DNA of 64,000 nt from Anthoceros angustus. Taxonomy: Eukaryota > Plantae > Anthocerotophyta. The notes beneath the pieces are model-generated. The model worked only from the letters and a program-made list of their open reading frames with translations. It ran no database searches and had not been told where the DNA came from. Below, one piece after another: positions 24,972 to 37,675 of the stretch. The stretch lies in NCBI GenBank assembly GCA_010909165.1, contig MU008180.1:867884-931883 (forward strand). Reading direction: 5' to 3'. The stretch's first letter is position 1. Every line of letters begins with the position of its first letter. A program made the translations under genes and the position numbers.

Positions 24972-26759
24972 CCCTACTAGAAATGGGCACCTATGTTACA
25001 CTTTATGTTAAGTTGGACCCTGGATGTAACACTCATGTTGCAATTTTGGGGTCATGTAACCTTTGGGCCTTGTTACACTTTGGCTTGGAAACCATGCAAT
25101 TGTTTGTTGCAATGGTGTTGCAATTATGTTAAGATAAAGTGAGGAGGTGGTTTTGCCCTCTCTCAAAATTGCAACATGATTGCAACATCTAAAGTGTTAC
25201 AAGAGAGGTCTTGTAACACTTTTGGAGGCTTGGTAGAACCTCCTCCCCATCACCATTGCCCTTTTACTTTTGCCCTTTGAAATACCACGTTTTACTTGGT
25301 AGTTACCACCGTCACCTTCAATACGACCATATAAATACACATATCAATACATCCTTGTACTATACATGTAGTCTACGGTGATAAATGTAATGTATTATTC
25401 TAAGTGCTATATGGCGTATTCAATTTCATATAAAATAAGTTTGTATATTACATATTACATTACCGAGTACACATATTCATGATGGATACTTTGTATTTAC
25501 TATACGTGTAAATAGCGGCTTTATACCCCTACTTTATCTTAAACGCGGTTTGTCCTTCCACGTCAACAGCCATGGCTTCGCCATGGCGCCCAAGAAGATA
25601 TTGTCCCCACCTACCTTATTGTGACGCATCACGTGAGGTTATGCCCTACAAGATTGTCTTGTGCGAGGAGATTTGGTATCGCTGCTTATGCTTTTCGCCT
25701 CCATGTAAGGCACTTCCTACTCGTCATATGCACCCTGAAACCGCCCTCGTTCGATTCGCAATTTTCTTCTTCCCCTCACTTGCGTTGGTGCAAGCTTTGC
25801 CACTTCCTCCGCTTCCTCCCTCCCTGCAGCACACATTGCACATACAAACCAGCATGGCCGTCATGAGTTATCCAAATTAATGGGTTTCCACAGCTCCATT
25901 TGCCTTACCTTCCCTCCGTCCCTCCTCTTTTCTTACGCCCTTCTTCTGGACATTTTCCTCTTCCGTCCTCCTTCTTCCGTCGGCCCTTGTCACTTGCCCA
26001 CCGCCTCCTCTACTCCTCCTCCCGTTTTCCTCTTTCGGCCTCCACCCTTTATCACAGTGGCATTGCCTCAAGGGCTCCACTATGCAGTCCATGCTCTCGG
26101 CATCCGAGGTCAAGGTATGTGTCTGCACGAAATTAGGCACATCGTCCTCTTCAACACTGCCTCCTGCTGCGTCCATGTTCTCTGCGTCCCCGTCTGTCCC
26201 CACGGCCTCCATGCATTGGCCTTTGCATATCAAGCGCACATGTTGCCCTCTTAGTCCTCCTTCATTCTCTCTCCCCTCGACATGCCTCATGTTTTGTGCC
26301 CCTTTGTTGACCATTTGGGTGATCCACTCTCCTCCTCCGCCACCGCTCCTCCTAGTCCCCTGCGATTTTTGGCTGTCCATAGTGCACACAAGTGTGTTTC
26401 TTCTGTGATTCGGTTGCCCCCTCCGTGCTCCACCACCCCACTCACGCCTCCACACACCTTGTTCCCGCCCTCCATCGTCGTCCTCCATCGATCCCAAGCC
26501 TCCACCCTCCCCATACATGGCCGTCACGGTCTCGGGCACCCTCCACCTCTTTTCCATTATTTGCTTGCTGCCCACACGGCCCCGCCCCTCGTTGCCTCCA
26601 TTGACCCCAATCCGGGCATGCGGCTTCCACCACCCTAGGCAATCGTGGTGTCGCGGCACCACAATATCCCCACTCGGTTCCCCTCATGCCTCCCTCCCAT
26701 GCTTCCTCAAGAAGCCTCGCCGTCTCCACTTCCCGCTCCTTGTTCGCCATTCTTTCCCC

Positions 26760-27900
26760 ATTCAAAGTCCGTTGTCCCTCGCCCCTCGGCCTCCTTCCTC
26801 CCAAGCCCCTTCCATCGCATTCCTTGATAGCCTCTCGTCCATGTCACCACCTCGTGCACCATCGTTGCCTCCCACCCCTTCCTTCCGTCGTCTCGGAAAG
26901 GCCACCATATCGGGATCCATCTTCAATTCAATGTCGTTAAGCAAAATGGTCATTTCCTTGTTCTCCTTGCAATAGCTTTGAACCTCTAGGATCTTTTCAT
27001 ACACTCCCTATCTTACTGCTGAAGGAACTTGGAACTCAGAACCCCACTATCGCCTTTCACGATTTCCACCCTTTCCTTCTAGCACCGCGCCACCGCCCTC
27101 GAAGGTTGCCTCCCTTGTCTCCAAGCTTGAGCCGCCAAGATGCCAGTGCACATGTGTTACCGTTTGTCCACCATGCCCACTCATCGCTGCAAACTTGCGT
27201 GTGCACACTTTGCCATCACTTGCCGTGCGCGTGCGAAAACCCACCTCATCCAGCGAAATAGCTCTTCATCTATTTCCTTCACTTCTCGCGCGTGCTCCAA
27301 CTCCGCATCCGTCGGGCTGGGAGGTTCCACGTCTCAAAGTCGTCAAAATCAAGTCAGTCGTTGGCCATGTCCCCGCCTCTTACCTCTCGGCCCGTCTTCG
27401 GAGGAGGCCGCTTCTTCACATCGCCGATGTCGAATGGAGACCGGGGTGCGGTGGATGAGCGAGATAGCCCGAGGCCATTTGGCCCCTCATCCTCCCCACC
27501 CGGATCATGCCGTCGGCCCGTCCGATGTGTTCGCAGCGCCTTCATACGTGACTCCCCTAGCAAGCTTCACCTCGCCATACTCCCCATCCTGTGAACCGGT
27601 TGTCCACCACCTTCGTGCCATGCTGAAGGCAATGGCTTCCCTCTCGGGTGAATTCAAGGCTGCTATTTTGAAAAAGCTTTGTTTGCAAAGGCCCAGTTGT
27701 CATTTACTCCTCTTGGCGGGAGGTAGCGTGCACATGCTACTTGCCCATAATCGAACAATTTTCGACCACAACCTAGACTTGGGAGCAAGTTTCATGTCCC
27801 ATTGGTTCTGTTGTCGTTACTCATGATGTATTATATTGCCCACATGGCGCACGCTCAATCGCCCATTACGCATTTTACCATTAATCGCGTCTTCCACGAC
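26760..27900 (-). pseudogene. Decayed Myb/SANT(trihelix)-like ORF inside the TIR element
   Basis: Minus-strand read RLWSKIVRLWASSMCTLPPAKRSK*QLGLCKQSFFKIAAL (~27660-27780) and a C-terminal helix EKILEVQSYCKENKEMTILLNDIELKMDPDMVAF (26762..27004). These resemble transposon-associated Myb/SANT and NAM-associated C-terminal segments. Judged by eye only. Confidence 0.4.
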
Positions 27901-30746
27901 CAAAGATTGCCTTGTGCATCCGGGAGGAGGATAGACTATAGCACCTGCAAACCAATCACCATACATGATTTATTCCACTTTCAACGCGTGACTCGAGTGG
28001 CGTGCGCAAGGGTGACTTGTCATGTCAGCGGTATGGACGGGCACCAAACCATACCCATCCATTCCGGACAAGGCGGTCATCGAGTTTTATTGCGTGTGAC
28101 ATGGGAAGTACAAGTAGTGATCAAGGATGAAGGACTTTCCCATCCCAATGTTTAATTACTGAGCATATGTCCCCACATTGTGAGGTATAAACCGTCCCTC
28201 ACACATTGCCGTGCCCAGGCGGCAGAGCCAAGGGACGGCCCTCCATACCAGTCCTTGATGGCCGACGAGGAGAGCAACCTCCCATCCATCATCCTCGATG
28301 GCCATCGTCATTGTGGAATTGCAGCCCTTGTCCTTAATGGCCATCGTCGGTTTCCACCACGGGCAACAATAATGTGCACACTTCGCAATGATCCAGAACA
28401 GTCGGCGTGGAAGGTGGCGGTTTTGACTTATCGGATTCCACAAACACTTTAGCCGCATGGACTTGTAGGTAGGCGAATAGGGCCAAAAAGTGTTCACATC
28501 CGCCTCACGAACCCCAGCCATACCGTGTGTGGTCACGAACACCATGCCGCACCATGTGGAAGGAACCACCTCGCCACCGAAGCAAGTCCCCACGAGGATA
28601 GCCACGCGATGAGCAGCTCACTCCACGCCATGAGGCGGTGACACCGCCTCCAACCTTTGCAAAGGATCCTTGATGGCCATCAACGGATTTCTAGTTGTGC
28701 ACAAGATGGAGACATGAACACACGCCTCGTGGTGCGAACTACCACTCCACGCCCATTTAGGTTTCCGGAAGCTAGCTCCGCATACGAACATGTCCTACAT
28801 GGCATAAGGTAGCAGGAGAGGCGCCCAGCGGGCATGTTTCAAGACAGCTCGCCCAGTGCGAGGATGACCAAGAGAAAGGTAGTAGCGTGAAGCGAGGGCA
28901 AGGTGGTGACATTTAAAGCGGACCACCACCTTCTACCTCTTGTGCCCCAGCCACATCGGGTTGCGGATGAGAGGATCTTGAATTTCAAGCTCCTTACATG
29001 TGACAAACCAAACATGGCGAGCTTTGATGGTGCCGAAATAGATGGTTCTTTGGTAAATGCAATGAGTGTGAAGGCTGGCCATATAAAGGCCGAATGCAGT
29101 TTGTTTTCATGTCTCCTAAGGGCTGGAAATCCTTTGCGACGGCCATAGTGACGTCAGCCGTCACCCTAGCATGGTGCCGCGGCGTGAATACATTCGTTAC
29201 GCCATGTGATGCGCATGATTGGTGGAGAGCGAGGGAGTCTCGACGATGGACATCATTATCTAGGAGAACGGAATTGGCATATATGGCAAATTCACATACT
29301 GACGTCCTTCATTCATGGCATAATGAAAGGGGCATTTAGTTTGCTTGAATGGCTCTCACGTGCCACCCACCGTCCTTGCACAATGGTGTAGATGTTGATA
29401 TAGATTATTACCAAATGGAGCGTCTGGCGTCAAACGACCTTGACGTGGCATGTTTTCTTCCATGCCATGAGTTTTCAATTATTCTAATGGCTTGCACCCA
29501 CCTTCCTTGGACCATGGTGGAGGGAGAATTTTATTTGAGAGAAAGGGAACCATTGTCCTTGGTTCATGGCGAGTTGTAAGATGGCCATGACCTTGTCATG
29601 GCATGGCACTTCCTTGGTCATCGGCCACTCGAATCGCATTGCAAACACTTGTCCTTGGGTCACGAAATGGTCATAAAAAGCGGGGACTATATATGGCATG
29701 CATGGAGGAATGGCATCGTGGACAAGGAAGGTTTCGTGTTGTGCCGTTGCACAAACAAATATGTGAGGAAGGTGGCAAGGGAGGTGGCATGGCAGGGCAC
29801 ATAGTCCCTTCTTGGATGGGCGAAGGATGGTCCTGGATGCGGCAAGTGAGGTGAGGGAGGAGGAGCGAGTGGAGGAGTGGAGTCATTGGCGGAGCAGGAG
29901 TGAGAGTGGTGGAGTGCGAGTGGAGTGGATGTGAGCGAGAGAGGTCGGGTCTTGGAGAGCAAAGCGGAGTCTCGGAGGAGGGCGATCGAGAAAGCGGCCG
30001 CAGGAGTGGGTGTCTCTAATAGGTGGGAGCTAATGGGTGGCTGCGAGAGAATCAAAACTTTCGGAGGAATGCCGGGCCGGGAGGGAGGAGGAATTTGCGT
30101 GAGTCGGAGAGAGGTGGTGATCGGGAGGAGCATGGTGGTGCGCCAAGAGGCCATGTGGGTGGCGAGAGAGGCCATTGGTCTTGTGGACCTTCATTCGGTG
30201 GCGATGGATAACCCCAACAACGTGGGAGGAGGATGCCTGGAGGAGGCTGCCACAGGAGTGGAGGCGGTCTCTGGAGGAGGCGGTTGCGGAGGCGGGCCAA
30301 GCGTGCATATGATGGTCGGAGGACGGTGAGGAGAAGGACACCGGTGCGGCAATGATGGGGAAAGCGCGAGGCGGGCGGATGTGGAGATGGCGGATGATGA
30401 GGTGGAGACATCGACTACATTGCCACTACGAAATTGGAGAATTGATGGAGCTTGGTAAGCCACTAGGCACGTCATTGCCGTGTTGTGCGGTGCATGGGCG
30501 TGGTGGAGTGTACATGGGCTGAGGTTGCGATGGAGGTTGGGTGGAGAATGAGGAGTTGGTGGTTGGTGCGGCGTGGTGATATGGGGCGTGAGCTCTAAGT
30601 GATGTGTGTGCATGAATGCGGGGAAGAAGGGAAGGAAAGGTGGAAGGTGAAGGCCATGTCGGGAAGGAAGGATACTAGTGGAGAGAAGGAAGATGGAGGA
30701 AAGGTGGCAAGCAGGCGTCACCGTCAAGTGATCTTGGAGGCAACGT

Positions 30747-30845
30747 AGATGGTGGGGAACACGGATGTGGGAGCGGGAGGCTGGAGAGATGGTGGGGAAC
30801 ACGGATGTGGGAGCGAGCCCGAGAGATGGTGGGGAACACGGATGG
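30747..30845. repeat. Three tandem copies of AGATGGTGGGGAACACGGATG (period 37-40 bp)
   Basis: Copies start at 30747, 30787 and 30824. Confidence 0.9.
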
Positions 30846-32120
30846 ATGAGAGAATGCGGGAGCGCATGCAATGCAACTGAAAACAACCGTGGCGGTGGGC
30901 CGTTTGTGGAGGGAATGTGAATGTTCGAGCCATTTTCTTGCGACTGGAGTCGCCCGATGCGTGGGTGGACGGTGATGGTCAATCGACAACAAACGGATGG
31001 AATTGGTATTCCCACCTTTGTAGCCTAGCATTTACAGGGTCCTTCGCCGTGAAAGTGGTGATTGAGGCCGGATAGGTCTAGGAAGTTGTGGAGGAACCAC
31101 GAAAACAATGGTGTTGGTCAAGAGTCACCAAGTGACGCCGCAAGACGCATAGGCCATATCACTTGGAAGACGTACATGTTTGTAGATAAATTGCATCGGT
31201 GGCAACAAAGCCGATCTTGAAAAGGATAGAGGACGCTTGAACTCCAAAAATTCCAATTAATTTGTCAATAAAATCAAACACTTATATATGCAAGGTATGA
31301 GAGTGACGTAAGGGTTAGCACATACATATTACTATATAAACAAGTCTTGACGCCTATATACATACGTATATACGTATACAAGAGGCATATAAGTACACTA
31401 ATATAATATAAGTATAACAGATGGATGTGTACATATATATGTACACATACTTACATACTTATGTCTTGAAGCCTATATACATATATATGTATACAAAGGA
31501 TATGCAAAGGAGGTAAAATAGGAAGGAAGGACAAGAGAGAGAGGTCCTTGTTACAATCATGTTGCAAGAGGAAGAGGGAAGAGTATAAAATGGTTGTGAT
31601 AGGGAGGTCCTTCTCACTCATGATGGAGGAGGAGAAGTGAAAGAGTATAAAAGGGTGTGATAAGGGGCAATAACTAGCGGTGAGGTGAGAGGAGAGAGAC
31701 CAAGCATTGTGTTAAGATGGGGTGAGAAGGTGGATAAGAAATTGACACCACACACCAAGCCACCAAAGTGTTGCAATTTTGAAGTGGTACATGAAGTGAG
31801 AGACCAAGCATTGTGTTAGGATGGTGGGAGAAGGAAGAGAAAAATGGACCAACTTAACACCAAGCCATCAAACCATGTTGCAAGTTGGAAGTGTTACATA
31901 AAATTGCAACACAGTATAACAAGGCGGTGGGAAATTATTAACAATGCTTGTGAGAGGGTGTACCGGAAGGGTGAGGTGGGAAGAGAGTGCAGTTCGTGTT
32001 AAGATGGGCTGCACCAGAGACTAACAAACTTAATACCAAGCCTCCAAAACATGTTGCAATGTGGAAGTGTAACAAAAATTGCAACATCATTTTCAACATA
32101 AGTGCCCTTTTCTAGTAGGG

Positions 32121-33985
32121 ATTCTAAGCCCAAGATGATTTCATGATCATCCATATCTACAAGTGAAGCTCACTTTGCTCCATTCCAATTCCCTATCTTG
32201 CAGCACTTCTTGCAATTCACCTTTGTGTTTGCATTCCTTTAGCTTGTTTCACTCTACATGGCTCGGATGTACTAGCCCATGTCAAACCAAGCTTGCCTTG
32301 CTAGGAGAAATGAAATTATGTGTTCTTTGCTAAGTCAAGCAACATCCTCGCTCACTCCATTTATACATCCATGTATGTACATGAGCTCTCCACCCGCCCT
32401 CCGAATAGTCTTGTCCTCGGCACTGAGACTCACCACATGCGGCCGCAACATGTGGCCGATCCGTCATTTGGGATCCTCGGATCACCACTTAGTAATCCAC
32501 GAGTCTTGGTGTGGATCTCCCTTACGCTACGTTGAGTTTGTTCGACATTCGGGCATTCATTTGCATAATGTCCGGCTCTCCACATAGTAGCATACTCCTT
32601 CGAGAACCCATACTAAGCATTCTCAGAGCTCATGAGCCTCTGCTTGGCGCTCCTCGATTTCTTCGAGAAATTTCCTCTTGAATTGCGTCTTGCAACTCCA
32701 TTTCCGTGTCCTTGGCGGCTCCTCTTGCTAAGCACTACTGGGGCTTCTCTGGGCATCACAGACCAGTGCGCCTCGAAATCTTTGGAGGAGTTGGATGTAC
32801 TAAGATGGAAAGTATCTTGAATGGCATCTGTGGCATAATGGCCCTGCGCGATGTAGTTGGACTATGCAACTCAATTACTTAGCAGCCCAATCCTTCAAAC
32901 CCGAGGCATGAAGCGATGCGGTTTGTCATCTTCACTCATGGTAGTGCGGTGCATGGCAACATGAAGGTACCCATAATCTCGTCTGTTTGCTTGATATTGT
33001 CAGCTGCTTTGTCTACTTAAACTTGAAGCATTCGCGAGTTGGCGCTTCTTGAGGGCTTCTTTGAAGGATGCCCGATGCATGATGGTATGTGCTCCCCAGG
33101 CAACATTAGCACCATAACTTACCGGACCAAAGCATAGCCCTTTAAAAATTGTATACCTAAGTAGTATAGGCTCAACACGGATGAGGCGAGATAAGTCTCG
33201 ATAGAATAGATCAGAATCAATGACTTACGGATCTCTTTCCCTCATACTTATCTGGTAGGCTAGCTCATTACTCGATTTGAACCACTTTGAAGATGCTTAC
33301 TTGGTCAGGGAAGATTTCTTGTTGTTCTTCGCATCTTGTATTGGTATGGGCTCTGGATTACCTTTGTCTTCTTCCTTGAAGTGATTACATCGTCCAAGAC
33401 ACGGAAGAACTTGATAAAGTACTTCCACCATCCGTTCTTCAGTCCTCTACTTCTCTCGAGATGGAGCTGCTTTGCTCTCGGGTGCTCTCACTTCCTCTTG
33501 TTAAACGATGATGAATCTTGAGGCGGTTGAGGCGGATGATCGGTGGGGAGGCTAACTTGACCTCTCCTTACGCTTCTTGACCATCTTGTGCACTCTCTAG
33601 TCACTCGGAGGAATGGACTACGCTCTGATACCACTCAAGTAACACCCCTCGCTGCCCAGTGGGAAGCGTCAAGTCTTGGCTTCCATGATCTAGGACCTCG
33701 TAATTCACTCCACAAGACTTGCGATTCTCAGCTCTCAACCTACCCGGACTAGGCTCCAAGTAGCCGCCGTCCCACGGCGACTGAGGCCACCTCCTCGGTC
33801 TTGCTCTTTATTACAAGAATACAGCGATGGAATCGCATCTCTCGCCCAGCTCGCCTTGATTGACAAGCTCACTAACTAACTCTCCTGACTCTCTCAACAC
33901 AAGGCTTGCGCGCACAGCACTGCTCTCTCAAAGTGAGTAACTTGTAACTTGTTTCTCAAAGCCCTTGTTCTAGCCCTTATATATG
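32121..33985 (-). mobile_element. Gypsy-II gag-PR with PBS and partial LTR (left, more decayed duplicate)
   Basis: PBS complement GCTCTGATACCA at 33622-33633, partial LTR from ~33638, and frameshifted gag and protease homologous to 34827-36746. Confidence 0.85.
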
Positions 33986-34826
33986 CAAGGTATGAGAGTG
34001 ACGTAAGGGTTAGCACATACATATTACTATATAAACAAGTCTTGACGCCTATATACATACATATATATGTATACAAAGGAGGCATATAAGTACACTAATA
34101 TAATATAAGTATAACAGATGGATGTGTACATATATATGTACATACACATACTTATGTCTTGAAGCCTATATACATATATATGTATACAAAGGATATGCAA
34201 AGGAGGTAAAATAGGAAGGAAGGACAGAGAGAGAGAGGTCCTTGTTACAATCATGTTGCAAGAGGAAAGAGGGAAGAGTATAAAATGGTTGTGATAGGGA
34301 GGTCCTTCTCATCATGATGGAGGAGGAGAAGTGAAAGAGTATAAAAGGGTGTGATAAGGGGCAATAACTAGCGGTGAGGTGAGAGGAGAGAGACCAAGCA
34401 TTGTGTTAAGATGGGGTGAGAAGGTGGATAAGAAATTGACACCATGAACACCAAGCCACCAAAAGTGTTGCAATTTTGAAGTGGTACATGAAGTGAGAGA
34501 CCAAGCATTGTGTTAGGATGGTGGGAGAAGGAAGAGAAAAAATGGACCAACTTAACACCAAGCCATCAAAACATGTTGCAAGTTGGAAGTGTTACATAAA
34601 ATTGCAACACAGTATAACAAGGCGGTGGGAAATTATTAACAATGCTTGTGAGAGGGTGTACCGGAAGGGTGAGGTGGGAAGAGAGTGCAGTTCGTGTTAA
34701 GATGGTGCACCAAGCAGAGACGAGAACTAACAAACTTAATACCAAGCCTCCAAAACATGTTGCAATGTGGAAGTGTAACAAAAATTGCAACATCATTTTC
34801 AACATAAGTGCCCTTTTCTAGTAGGG
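33976..34826. mobile_element. Duplicated right end of the CCCTA TIR element
   Basis: Second copy of the TIR AACATAAGTGCCCTTTTCTAGTAGGG at 34801-34826, with the same subterminal repeats and TA-rich tract as 31281-32120. Confidence 0.85.
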
Positions 34827-36340
34827 ATTCTAAGCCCAAGATGATTTCATGATCATCCATATCTACAAGTGAAGCTCACTGCTCCATTCCAATTCCCTAT
34901 CTTGCAGCACTTCTTGCAATTCACCTTTGTGTTGACATTCCTTTAGCTTGTTTCACTCTACATGGCTCGGATGTACTAGCCCATGTCAAACCAAGCTTGC
35001 TTGCTAGGAGAAATGAAATTATGTGTTCTTGCTAAGTCAAGCAACATCCTCGCTCGCCTCTCCATTTATACATCCATGTATGTACATGAGCTCTCCACCC
35101 GCCCTCCGAATAGTCTTGTCCTCGGCACTGAGACTCACCACATGCGCCTTCGCAACATGTGGCCGATCCGTCATTTGGGATCCTCGGATCCGGCCACTTC
35201 GTAATCCACGAGTCTTGGTGTGGATCTCCTTCTGCTACGTTGAGAGTTTGTTCAGCATTCGGGCATTCATTTGCATAATGTCCCGGCTCTCCACATGAGT
35301 AGCATACTCCTTTTCGAGAACCCATACTAACTGTTCTCTGAGCTCCGCGGCCTCTGCGCGCTCCTCGATTTCTTCCGCGGAAATTTCCTCTTGAATTGCC
35401 TCTTGCAACTCCATTTCCGCCAGTGTCCTTAGCAGCTCCTCTGCTAGCACTACTAGAGCTTCCTCTAGTCTGGGCATACCGACCATGGGTACTGCCTCGA
35501 AATCTTTTGGAGGAGTTGGATGTACTAAGATGGAAAGTATCCGATGGCATCCGCTCAGAATGGCCTCTGCCAATGTAGTTGGACTATGCAACTCAATTGT
35601 TAGCAGCCCAATCCTTCAAACCCGACATGAAGCGATGCGGTTTGTCATCTTCACTCATGGTAGTGTAAATGACATTTCATCAAGGTACTTACATAATCTC
35701 GTCTGATTACTGTTTGCTTGATATTGTCAAGTCACTCACTTAGACGCCAAGCATCTGCAGTTGGAACCGCTTGAGGGCTTCTTTGAAGGATGCCCACCTG
35801 TGATGGTATGTGCTCCCCAGGCAACATTAGCACCATAACCGCCACTGCATCAAAGCATAGCCCTTTAAGAAATTGCCAACAAGACTAAGTACTCGGCTCA
35901 ACACGGATGAGGCGAGATAAGTCTCAATAGAATAGATCCAAGAATCAATGACTTGCGGATCTCTTTCTCCCTCATACTTATCTGGTAGGGCTAGCTTCAT
36001 GCTCGATTTGAGCCACTTTGAAGATGCCTCCGACGGAAGATTTCTTGTTGTTCTTCGCATCTTCGCCTTGTTGGTATGGGCTCTGGATTACCTTTGTCTT
36101 CTTCCTTGAAGTCATTACATCGTCCAAGACACCTGGAAGAACTTGATAAAGTACTTCCACCATCCGTTTCTTCCAGTCCTCTGACTTCTCTCCAGATGGG
36201 CCTGCTGTGCTCTCAGGCGCTCTCACTTCCTCTTGTTCTGACGATGATGAATCTTCAGGCGGTTGAGGCGGATGATCGGCGGGAGACTGCTGCTTCTTCA
36301 GCCTCTCCTTACGCTTCTCATTGACCATCTTGTGCACTCT
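34827..36340 (-). mobile_element. Gypsy-II gag and aspartic protease (right duplicate)
   Basis: LPDKYEGERDPQVIDSWIYSIETY (retrotransposon gag), CCHC knuckle CYSCGEPGHYANEC (ORF 35032..35550), and protease GELMYIHGCING...MDDHEIILGLE. Confidence 0.85.
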
Positions 36341-36365
36341 CTAGTCACTCGGAGGAATGGACTAC

Positions 36366-36377
36366 GCTCTGATACCA
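36366..36377 (-). promoter_or_regulatory. Primer-binding site complementary to tRNA-iMet (TGGTATCAGAGC)
   Basis: Exact canonical plant LTR-retrotransposon PBS, a few bases from the LTR end (ggggtgttac). Duplicate at 33622-33633. Confidence 0.9.
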
Positions 36378-36381
36378 CTCA

Positions 36382-37260
36382 AGTAACACCCCTCAACTGC
36401 ACCCAAGAAGGAAGCGCCAAGTGCGCTTCCTGGCCTAGGACCTCGCCAATTCACTCCACAAGAGACTTGCACGATTCTCAGCGCTCTCAACCTCACGACC
36501 GCGGACTAGGCTCCAAGTAGCCCGCCATCGACGACTGCACCTCCTCGAGGTCTTGCTCTTTATTACAAGAATACAACGATGGAATCGCTATTCACGCCTA
36601 ATCAAGCACGCCTTGATTCCATGACAAGCTCACTAGCTAGCTCTCCACAGCCTCTCAACACAGGCTTGCAGGCGCCGCACTGCTCTCTCAAAGAGTGAGT
36701 AACTTGTAACTTGTTTCTCAAAGCCCTTGTTCTAGCCCTTATATATCCCACCTGACCTTAACTAGGCAGCTGTTAAATCTAGGGATTCTTACAGACCACT
36801 AATCACTAAGAGTCCTCTCTAGGCAGCTCTTCATTTGTGGCTGTAGCAATTCCTCTCTAACAAGAGATTGCATGAAGCATGAAACACATGCATCTTCTTA
36901 ACAGGGCAGCTACTAACTTAGCTTTTTACCTTTTTCAATTTTTCACCTTTCTACCTTGTTTCACCAGTGCCGTTACTCTAAGGACGGATTTCCATCATGG
37001 GACTTGTACTTTAACAACTTGTACCATGGTGTGCCTAAGCTACTTGCACCAAGGGCATCCACTTCCTTTAGGCACCCCATCTAAGTATCGATCCAAGCTC
37101 AGGATGCTTAATCACGGTGTCCTTATAAATGTGTGTCCAAATGGCCTAGGAATCACGGTGTTCTTATAAATGTGTGTCCATTTGGTCTAGGCCATTTGGA
37201 CATGTTCCAGACACCTCGAGCCAGACACCTCGAGCCATAAGCATTGGGGTCTCGTGAGCA
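36382..37260 (-). mobile_element. 5' LTR of Gypsy-II (~880 bp)
   Basis: Begins gtaacacccc next to the PBS and plausibly ends ggggtctcgtgagca at 37260. Contains a TATA-like CTTATATAT and internal direct repeats (aatcacggtgt.cttataaatgtgtgtcca x2; ccagacacctcgagcc x2). The distal end is inferred. Confidence 0.65.
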
Positions 37261-37675
37261 TGTTAGGGCCCGTTAGTGAGGTGCATTATTTTAAACTTTA
37301 GTTAGTTCGTTAGGGTTTCTGCATCATACCTCTTCGTCTTGAATCATTCATGGACAAAGACTCTTAATTGTTCTTCCTTTTTAATCAAGCTGCTACTTTG
37401 CAAAAACTTTGTGAGATAATCCTTGCAGACTCGTCTAAGCTGGGATGGATCTAGATCACCGTTTGATGAGAATATGTACGTAGTCCACATGATGCCCAAC
37501 TTCCAGCGCACGCTACCTACGCCCCCATCTTCCCCTTGCCACAGCTGCCGTGCTCGCCAAGGCGATGTGAACAGTGTAAGGCACGTGCTTGTCTTTCTCC
37601 AAGATCTTCTTTCCCCTGGCAGAGGTGAGAACCCTGTGAAGGTGAAGTCTGAAGCCGCCGCGGCTGGTGGCGACA

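Larger units (their letters stand above)
24972..32120. mobile_element. 7.15 kb TIR DNA transposon (CACTA/EnSpm-like termini) inserted in the Gypsy-II protease
   Basis: Left TIR CCCTACTAGAAATGGGCACCTATGTT (24972-24997) versus right TIR reverse complement CCCTACTAGAAAAGGGCACTTATGTT (32095-32120): 24/26 identical. Both ends carry TGTTGCAA/TTGCAACA/TGTTACA/TGTAACA subterminal repeats and an inverted accaagcctccaaaa. Flanks are att(t) and att. Removing the element rejoins the protease frame as IILGLEWMKANK. Confidence 0.85.
31281..36746. repeat. Tandem duplication, two units of ~2.70 and ~2.76 kb
   Basis: Units 31281-33975 and 33976-36746 are colinear. The 9-mer CTTATATAT sits at all three boundaries (31281, 33976, 36738). 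Each unit contains the TIR element right end plus Gypsy-II PR, gag, PBS and part of the LTR. Confidence 0.9.

Noticed and set aside
29206-29391. GERNWHIWQIH / GSLDDGHH as an hAT or Harbinger transposase motif
   Set aside because: The match is too short and ambiguous between two families, and no flanking catalytic motifs support it.
32121-37260. Autonomous family of gag-protease-only (TR-GAG-like) elements with a shared LTR
   Set aside because: The missing RT-RH-INT is present at 22655-24971 and rejoins in frame once the TIR element is removed. The repeat is a local duplication.
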